A DNA stretch of 64,000 bases from Thermoplasmatales archaeon (lineage in GTDB: Archaea > Thermoplasmatota > E2 > DHVEG-1), in the NCBI GenBank assembly GCA_030672305.1, contig DAOVGR010000052.1, positions 3,961 through 67,960 of the forward strand, written 5' to 3'. The notes beneath the pieces are model-generated. The model saw only the letters and a program-made list of their open reading frames with translations, did no database searches and was not told where the DNA came from. Position 1 is the first letter of the stretch. Each line of letters opens with the position of its first letter. This document shows, in pieces, positions 19,410 to 26,334 of this stretch. The position numbers and the translations under genes are program-made.

Positions 19410-21613
19410 ATCTTTGCGCCTTGATTAAGTATATTTATTCGAAATATGATATTTAATATTTCTGATAGTCGATTTATTACAAAATCACCTTTTAATAGTT
19501 GTAAAAGACTTGATTTAACAATACTTTTTCCTCTTGGTATTTCTACAGTTAGTGATCCAAAATCACCCATCGCACCCCATTGATCTCCTGCTTGAGCTGT
19601 TATAGTATAAGTATCTTTACTTGTCCAGGAATGTGAAGCAGTAGCTTCAGTGCCCTGTGGAAAAACTCCTAATACTTGTTCAATTCCATCTCCCCAATCA
19701 ATAAGATAATGCAGTTCATCACCTTCATCATCTGTTGAGTTAAAGGTATAATTATAATCAATCCCTGTTTTTCCTGTTGATGGTCCTTTTATCTTTGGAG
19801 CACTTGGAGGATTATTATCACCACCAATTAACACCCAAGTAGAATCACGGATAGTAATATCATTTCCATCAGTGACAGATAAAGTCACAGTAAAATTACC
19901 TTCATTACTATATGTATGAGTTGGATTTTGCTCATCAGAAGCATTACCATCTCCAAAAATCCAATGATATTCATATGGTGGTGTTCCATTTTCTGCTGAA
20001 CCTGTAAATTGCACTGGTCCACCAATTGCGCCATGATAAGGACCATGAGTAATTACATTAAAACCTATAATTGAAAAATCAGATGAAGAAACTGCAAAAG
20101 CACTGTCTGATGATGTAGTAGCAATTACCTTAATTCTACAATTATCAGATCCACCCGCGTCAACCAACCATTGATAACAACCATTATTTGGAATTTCTGA
20201 AACAACAGTATCCCATGGACCAGAATCACCAGTAAGTGATACCAGAATGTCAACAGTTGAATCACCTTGTGATGGAGGAACTGCTGAAAGCCAACGTATA
20301 TTACGAATTGATCCGCTCCTAAATGTTTCTCCCCCATGAGGCATTTGCATTAAGGCAGATAGATCAGTTGGTTCTTGATATGGAGAAAAAGCTTTAAGAT
20401 GATTTTGATAATAAGGCCAATCATCTTCTTCTGCTTGTATTACAATATCCTCACGACCATCATGGTCAAAATCTCCATCAACAACAAATGCTGAGTATCC
20501 ACCATCAGAAGGCATTGTAAATGTTGCATCAGAATCCCAATTACCATTTCCATCTCCAAGATATAAGTAACCTGTTGGTCCAGAATATGCAACTATATCT
20601 AGAAATCCATCTCCATTGATATCTCCAAATTGCGGATAATAAGTACCATAATTGGGTAGGCCACTAGAAGCTAAATCCCAATCATTATTTTGTTTATCAT
20701 ATTTGTAACAATGAACTCCCGTAGAGTAAAATCCAATTACTAAATCATCAAATCCATCATTATTCATATCTCCAACATCTAGACCTCTCCAACTTGAAGT
20801 TGGAAGACCACTTTGTGTGATGGTAAAACCAAAAGAACCATCTCCAAGGTACACATTGGTTCCCTCGCGATTTCCAACAAAATCAGGATTTCCATCAGAA
20901 TTAAAATCTCCTATCTCAATATTATTGTAGGTATTTCCACCCGATACAGACCATTCGTGACTCCATGTTCCATCTCCATGATTCTTATACAGGTGATATC
21001 CGTTGCAACAACCAAATGATTGAGATACAAGATCAAGTAGACCATTACAATCAAAATCAGCAAGATCTGTTGCAAACATACCATAATCCTCACCACCAGT
21101 TCCAAGACCTTCTGCCCAAGGTATCCAATTTGAAGCAGTTCCATCACCTAATGCTGCACCAATTAAAGTATCACCAAATCCTGGATCACCATAGTCATGA
21201 TGTACCCCCCAAACTATATCAAGAAACCCATCTAAATTTAAATCTCCAGCTTCACAACCCCCATAACCAAAATTACCAACTTGAATAACTGACCATGTAT
21301 CAATTCCATCCCCAAGCCAAACCATGATTCCATGCTGCTCACTATTAATATAAGGAGAACCATGATCACCAACACAAATTATGTCTAAATGTCCATCATT
21401 ATTTATGTCAGCAAGTTCTAGTTCGGTTTTACCTCCTTCTTTTTCAGGATTATTAAGGCCCATGGATTTCTCGATAAAGGTAACCATTCCATTGGTTGTA
21501 TTAGAATTTTTAAGTATCATAATTTCGCTAACAGCAAATGAAGATACTGTTGAAAAAAGGAAAACGAAAATTAGCAATATTGTAATACTTTTTTTTAGCT
21601 TGCTGTTCTTCAT
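19406..21613 (-). CDS. Secreted FG-GAP/VCBS-repeat beta-propeller protein + PKD + type A module + degenerate tail
   Basis: Repeated Ca-binding-like loops DINNDGHLDI, GDLNLDGFLDIV, GDFNSDGNPDFV, GDMNNDGFDDLV, GDINGDGFLDIV, GDFDHDGREDIV. PKD segment (YEYHWIFGDGNASDEQNPTHTY). Type A module (YNYTFNSTDDEGDELHYLIDWGDG). Ends IPRGKSIVKSSLLQLLKGDFVINRLSEILNIIFRINILNQGAKI. Confidence 0.9.
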   Translation of the reverse strand: MKNSKLKKSITILLIFVFLFSTVSSFAVSEIMILKNSNTTNGMVTFIEKSMGLNNPEKEGGKTELELADINNDGHLDIICVGDHGSPYINSEQHGIMVWLGDGIDTWSVIQVGNFGYGGCEAGDLNLDGFLDIVWGVHHDYGDPGFGDTLIGAALGDGTASNWIPWAEGLGTGGEDYGMFATDLADFDCNGLLDLVSQSFGCCNGYHLYKNHGDGTWSHEWSVSGGNTYNNIEIGDFNSDGNPDFVGNREGTNVYLGDGSFGFTITQSGLPTSSWRGLDVGDMNNDGFDDLVIGFYSTGVHCYKYDKQNNDWDLASSGLPNYGTYYPQFGDINGDGFLDIVAYSGPTGYLYLGDGNGNWDSDATFTMPSDGGYSAFVVDGDFDHDGREDIVIQAEEDDWPYYQNHLKAFSPYQEPTDLSALMQMPHGGETFRSGSIRNIRWLSAVPPSQGDSTVDILVSLTGDSGPWDTVVSEIPNNGCYQWLVDAGGSDNCRIKVIATTSSDSAFAVSSSDFSIIGFNVITHGPYHGAIGGPVQFTGSAENGTPPYEYHWIFGDGNASDEQNPTHTYSNEGNFTVTLSVTDGNDITIRDSTWVLIGGDNNPPSAPKIKGPSTGKTGIDYNYTFNSTDDEGDELHYLIDWGDGIEQVLGVFPQGTEATASHSWTSKDTYTITAQAGDQWGAMGDFGSLTVEIPRGKSIVKSSLLQLLKGDFVINRLSEILNIIFRINILNQGAKI

Positions 21614-21726
21614 AAATCATGCCTCTTAAACCATAAATATAAGGTTAAGTAAATTTTTAAATGTTATTTTACTTCATGTTCTAAATAAACCTTATTTTTG
21701 AAATAATCCAATGGTATTCTTTCCCA

Positions 21727-23736
21727 TTATAGATTTATAATATTCCATAATATCGGGAATAAGTTTTGGACTCTTTCTAGGAGTAATTGTAATATCGGTC
21801 TGGATAAGCTCCTTGTTCTAGGGATATTTACCGATAAAGGATCAGACCAATCACTTTCATATTCATGAACATCCTTTGATTTTACTTTAATCTGATAATT
21901 ACCTGCTGCAGTCCATGTATGGGTTGATTCTATAGTTTCACCAGAATAATACGGTCCTTCCCAATCAGATGTTGTTCCATCATCCCAGTCCCATTGGTAA
22001 TATACTTTATCACCATCTCCATCAAAAGTTTTTGTTGAATATGTATATGCCTCACCTGCTTTTCCATTTTTTGGACCTGAAGGTTTAGATGGATTATCTG
22101 GAGCATCATTAACAACGGATACTTGAATAATGTCAGAATACCACCAGGTTTGACCAAATATTTCTTCTGTACCATCAGTTCCTTCAAGCATTTCATAATA
22201 TGAGTCATTTGTTCGTTCTTTTATCATTCGCAGATAGGAATTATCTCCATAAATATCTGGGCGAAGAACATCTGCATAAACTTGATCGACTTGAGCTTTT
22301 ACTACAAAATAATAATCTCCAGGAGTACTGATATATAAATTACCGTCGTGAATTACACCATTTGTTGTTCCACTTTCTGCACCGTCCCATCCAGTTCCAC
22401 CAACATACTCTCCAGCATATTCATCATGATCAGGTGTACTATGATCGAAATTATTTATTGGATCTGGATCAGTTCCCCATTGAATATACGTATGATCAAC
22501 AACTAAGCTACCATTAACCTGCCATCTCAATGGAATTGTTGTTCCAGGAGGAACTTCACCTCCATTCTCAATTGTGCTAGGATGCCATCTAACATAAGGT
22601 TGTGCAAGATCTGTTTGATGTAGGACATACCGGCGAACCTCTGCACCATATCGATGAACTGTGTCATTACCAAATTCACTTTCAGGTATATTTTTTGTAG
22701 TTGACATCTCAGGAGAAAGCCAAAGTAGTCCAGATCCAGGATAATCACCATTTACATAAGGCGCCTCAGCTGGATTTTTATCAATATCTGCTGCATATGC
22801 CCATGGTGCAATACCACCTTTTATTTCGTATGTAAGTAAAGCACTTATAGGTCCAATATTGCCAGAATTTAAATCTCCACCATAGTTGCCCATAAAATCA
22901 CCAACTCTTAATGAGCTTACATCATAAAAATAAAAATCAGGAGGAGCATGACTATATGTACTTCCTGAAATAGGGCTTTTTCCACTAACATCAGGATGTG
23001 TCATAGCCCAAGAATAAAGAAGCATTCGAACTCCAGCATGAAAATCACATCCTATTCTACACAAATGATTATTAATAAATTCAACTAATGTTTTTCCTGG
23101 AACACTAGCCCAAATCCCACCAGTTGGGGTTCCAGGTCCATCATAATCGGCTTCACGGTTAAGGTCCCAACCATTTCCATCATATCTTTGTGGACCATGA
23201 TCATATCCATATGGATTGTGTAAGACTTCTATGTAGATTTCTCTATTATCTATTATCCATTGGAGATATTCTTTAGAAAATTCATCATTAGTTTCATCTG
23301 TAAATGCCATTCGCATTAACCAATCAGTAAACCAATAAAGGCCAACTCCACCTGCAACTTCATCACCATGTGGGCTCCCTAGAAAAAGAACTTCAGGTTT
23401 ATGTAAACCAAGTGCTTCATTTGTAATTCTTACATAATAGCAATCATATCCTCCTGTTGCAGTTCCAGTTTCATATAATTCATTTGCCTTAAAAACTTCA
23501 ATATAATCTGGATATTTTGACTCCAATGTTAGATACCAACTTACAAGCTCATCATAAGAACTAGGTTTATCATACCAATCTGGAGCCATTAACGGATTCA
23601 TCTCGTTTTCTTCTGATACTAAATATTCATCAGTTTCTTTTAGCATATCATTTGAATAAGCAGTTGCAAAAGTTGCGTTTACTAGCATCAATAAGACAAT
23701 TCCAACAATTAATGGACTAGCTATCTTTTTTATCAT
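21727..23736 (-). CDS. Secreted M14 zinc carboxypeptidase + type A module + conserved tail
   Basis: Signal peptide. HxxE zinc motif LGSPHGDEVAG and downstream DFHAG. Type A module (YTYSTKTFDGDGDKVYYQWDWDDGTTSDW). Tail IPRTRSLSRPILQLLLERVQNLFPILWNIINL. Confidence 0.9.
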   Translation of the reverse strand: MIKKIASPLIVGIVLLMLVNATFATAYSNDMLKETDEYLVSEENEMNPLMAPDWYDKPSSYDELVSWYLTLESKYPDYIEVFKANELYETGTATGGYDCYYVRITNEALGLHKPEVLFLGSPHGDEVAGGVGLYWFTDWLMRMAFTDETNDEFSKEYLQWIIDNREIYIEVLHNPYGYDHGPQRYDGNGWDLNREADYDGPGTPTGGIWASVPGKTLVEFINNHLCRIGCDFHAGVRMLLYSWAMTHPDVSGKSPISGSTYSHAPPDFYFYDVSSLRVGDFMGNYGGDLNSGNIGPISALLTYEIKGGIAPWAYAADIDKNPAEAPYVNGDYPGSGLLWLSPEMSTTKNIPESEFGNDTVHRYGAEVRRYVLHQTDLAQPYVRWHPSTIENGGEVPPGTTIPLRWQVNGSLVVDHTYIQWGTDPDPINNFDHSTPDHDEYAGEYVGGTGWDGAESGTTNGVIHDGNLYISTPGDYYFVVKAQVDQVYADVLRPDIYGDNSYLRMIKERTNDSYYEMLEGTDGTEEIFGQTWWYSDIIQVSVVNDAPDNPSKPSGPKNGKAGEAYTYSTKTFDGDGDKVYYQWDWDDGTTSDWEGPYYSGETIESTHTWTAAGNYQIKVKSKDVHEYESDWSDPLSVNIPRTRSLSRPILQLLLERVQNLFPILWNIINL
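21730..21825 (-). other. Conserved C-terminal tail (copy in M14 carboxypeptidase)
   Basis: IPRTRSLSRPILQLLLERVQNLFPILWNIINL-stop. Confidence 0.8.
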
Positions 23737-23868
23737 ATTTTATATCCCCCTTAATTAACGGCTGTTAATGTAATGGTTACTAAATATAAAAAACTTCGTT
23801 TTAAAAATAATATTAAAAACTTATATTTATATAGGAATAAATTAATATATAGATAAACAGTTATTAAA

Positions 23869-24447
23869 ATGAGAGTTATTAATATGAAGAGTTCATTTAT
23901 TCAAAGGAATATTGTCTCAATAATTATTGCATTATTTATTTTTTCAAACGTGGTAGGAGCTAGCTCAGTATACAATGTAAAAATAATTAATCCTAATGAA
24001 AAAACATTTTGTACTATTTATTCACGAACAGATGAATTTGTGGAAACCATTTTAGATATTTCTGGTAATCAACCTCCAGATACACCAGATATCAGTGGAC
24101 CTACTAATGGAAAACCGGGTATTGAATTAGGTTATACAATTGTATCTTCTGATCCAGAAGGGAATGATATAGTGTATTGTTTCGATTGGGGAGATGACTC
24201 GGGTCAAGTATGCATTGGACCTTATCCCTCTGGAGAGGAGGTAACTATATCACATACATGGAACGAAAATGGAACGTATACAATTACAGTAAAAGCATCA
24301 GATATTTTAGGCGAAGAAAGTGGTCTTGCAACATTGAAAGTTAGAATATCAACAAGTAGAACCACTACACATTATAGAATTATACTATATGAAATATTTC
24401 ATGTTTTGAAAAAAATAAAGAACGAGATTTTAGACTTCTATCTATAA
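23869..24447 (+). CDS. Small secreted protein: signal peptide + type A module + degenerate tail only
   Basis: Alternative start ATG 23884 (MKSSFIQRNIVSIIIALFIFSNVVGASS). Type A module GNQPPDTPDISGPTNGKPGIELGYTIVSSDPEGNDIVYCFDWGDD. C-terminus STSRTTTHYRIILYEIFHVLKKIKNEILDFYL. Confidence 0.75.
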   Translation: MRVINMKSSFIQRNIVSIIIALFIFSNVVGASSVYNVKIINPNEKTFCTIYSRTDEFVETILDISGNQPPDTPDISGPTNGKPGIELGYTIVSSDPEGNDIVYCFDWGDDSGQVCIGPYPSGEEVTISHTWNENGTYTITVKASDILGEESGLATLKVRISTSRTTTHYRIILYEIFHVLKKIKNEILDFYL

Positions 24448-24515
24448 AAATCATATAAACCTATTTTACGTAATTAACTTATATCTTTTAATAAAAGTAC
24501 AAGTTAACTATCGTT

Positions 24516-24550
24516 AACATTTATATATGGGGTATCCAATATCTATTAAT
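24516..24550 (+). promoter_or_regulatory. BRE/TATA promoter with conserved downstream box (tail-less C25-like peptidase gene)
   Basis: AACATTTATATATGGGGTATCCAATATCTATTAAT. Same BRE/TATA and the same ATCCAATATCTA box, with a short insertion between them. Confidence 0.6.
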
Positions 24551-24565
24551 TGAAGGGGTTGAAAT

Positions 24566-26311
24566 ATGAAAAAAATATTTACAATTCTAATACTTCAAAT
24601 ATTAGTATTTAGTACAATTGGAGCTATTGCTATACCAGAATTAAATCGTTTAGATGAAAAAGTTATCAATGAATCCATAATAATTTCAAAACCAATTACT
24701 AAAGAGGAAAGTGAATTTTTAACAGTAAGTTTAGAAGAAGGAAATTCTTACTTATTAGAACCAAACAAACCAATGATTCCTATTGTAACCAGAGTTTATA
24801 TTCTACCTTTTAAATCAGAAATTAAAAGCGTTGATATAAATTATTATGGAAATAATGAAATTTTATTGACTAAAGATATAATACCTGCTAAAACACCAAC
24901 ACCGATAGGTATGAATGTAAAGATAGAAAAAGATATTGAAATATATAGAAATTCTGAAATATTTCCTCAAGATAAATTTGCCTATAGAACAGGTAGTGGA
25001 ATTTCAAATAATGAACATGTATTATTTTTAACAGTTCAATGTTATCCTATATGTTATAATCCTGGTGAAAATATTTTATATTATTGCGATAGTTTTGAAA
25101 TTGAAATATCTTATAATGAAGGTGGTTATGAAAATACTGCTGGCGCAGGATATGATCTTGTTGTGATTTCACCAAATGTTTTTTCTTCAATTCTTCAAAA
25201 ATTAATTGATCATAAAAATAGTTATGGTGTAAATACTTATTTTAAGGATGTGAAAGAAATATATAACGAGTTTTCTGGAAGAGATAAACCTGAACAGATT
25301 AAAAACTACATTAGATATGCAATTGAGAATTTGGATATTTCCTATGTACTTTTAGTCGGTAGTCTTGACCATATCCCAATTAGGAGTACTGCTATTGGCT
25401 GGAAACATTCATCAATGGATCTGCCAACAGATCTCTATTATGCAGACATCTATAATGAAAGTGGTGATTTTTGTACATGGGATTCAAATAACAATAACAT
25501 TTTTGGTGAGTATAACTGGGATGATGGTAACATCGATGAAGTTGATCTTTATGCAGATGTTTATTTAGGAAGAATACCTTGTCAAAAGAATCTCGATCTA
25601 AATATAGTAATTAAAAAGATTATTCATTATGAAAATAATGCTTATGGTTCAGATTGGTTCAAAAGGATTTTATTACTGGGAGGCGACACTTTCCCAAACC
25701 ATGGCATAATTGAAGGGGAGTATGTAACTAGTCGTATTGCAGAAGAAATGGATGGTTTTAATCCAATATTTCTATGGACATCTAAAAACACTTTCAAACC
25801 TTTAAAAATTAACTCTGAAACGACCAAGGGTGCTGGTTTTATTAGTTATTCTGGTCATGGTTATATTCATGGTTTTGGTACTTCTCCACCAAATGTAGAG
25901 AGAAGAATCGAATATTTCACTTGGTATTTACCTGGAATGTTTAATGGTAATAAGTTGCCAATTGTATTCTTTGATGCATGCCTTACTGCAACTTTGGATC
26001 ATAAGTTGCTAAATATTATTAATTTTCCAGGTTTTGCTTATAGTATTGTGAAAAAACCTTTTGGGGGAGCAGTAGCTTCAATTGGTGCAACACGTGTTGC
26101 TTTTACAGATGTTGATTGGCAAGGTATCAATGGTGGTGCTGGTTATTTGAACCTTCACTTTTTTATGAACTATGAGAAAGGAATATCTGTCTCTGAAATG
26201 CTTACAAAAGCTCAGAACGATTATATAAATTATGTATTTGAAGATTGTATTACTTTAGAAGAATTTATTCTCATAGGAGATCCATCTTTAAAGACTGGAG
26301 GATATCCTTAA
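24566..26311 (+). CDS. Secreted C25 (gingipain)-like clan-CD cysteine peptidase, no tail
   Basis: Signal peptide. C25-propeptide-like N-terminus (EPNKPMIPIVTRVYILP), YVLLVGSLDHIPIR. His-Gly dyad SYSGHGYIHGF and LPIVFFDACLTA (catalytic Cys after a hydrophobic strand). Confidence 0.85.
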   Translation: MKKIFTILILQILVFSTIGAIAIPELNRLDEKVINESIIISKPITKEESEFLTVSLEEGNSYLLEPNKPMIPIVTRVYILPFKSEIKSVDINYYGNNEILLTKDIIPAKTPTPIGMNVKIEKDIEIYRNSEIFPQDKFAYRTGSGISNNEHVLFLTVQCYPICYNPGENILYYCDSFEIEISYNEGGYENTAGAGYDLVVISPNVFSSILQKLIDHKNSYGVNTYFKDVKEIYNEFSGRDKPEQIKNYIRYAIENLDISYVLLVGSLDHIPIRSTAIGWKHSSMDLPTDLYYADIYNESGDFCTWDSNNNNIFGEYNWDDGNIDEVDLYADVYLGRIPCQKNLDLNIVIKKIIHYENNAYGSDWFKRILLLGGDTFPNHGIIEGEYVTSRIAEEMDGFNPIFLWTSKNTFKPLKINSETTKGAGFISYSGHGYIHGFGTSPPNVERRIEYFTWYLPGMFNGNKLPIVFFDACLTATLDHKLLNIINFPGFAYSIVKKPFGGAVASIGATRVAFTDVDWQGINGGAGYLNLHFFMNYEKGISVSEMLTKAQNDYINYVFEDCITLEEFILIGDPSLKTGGYP

Positions 26312-26334
26312 TTTAATAATTAAGGTGTTGATTG

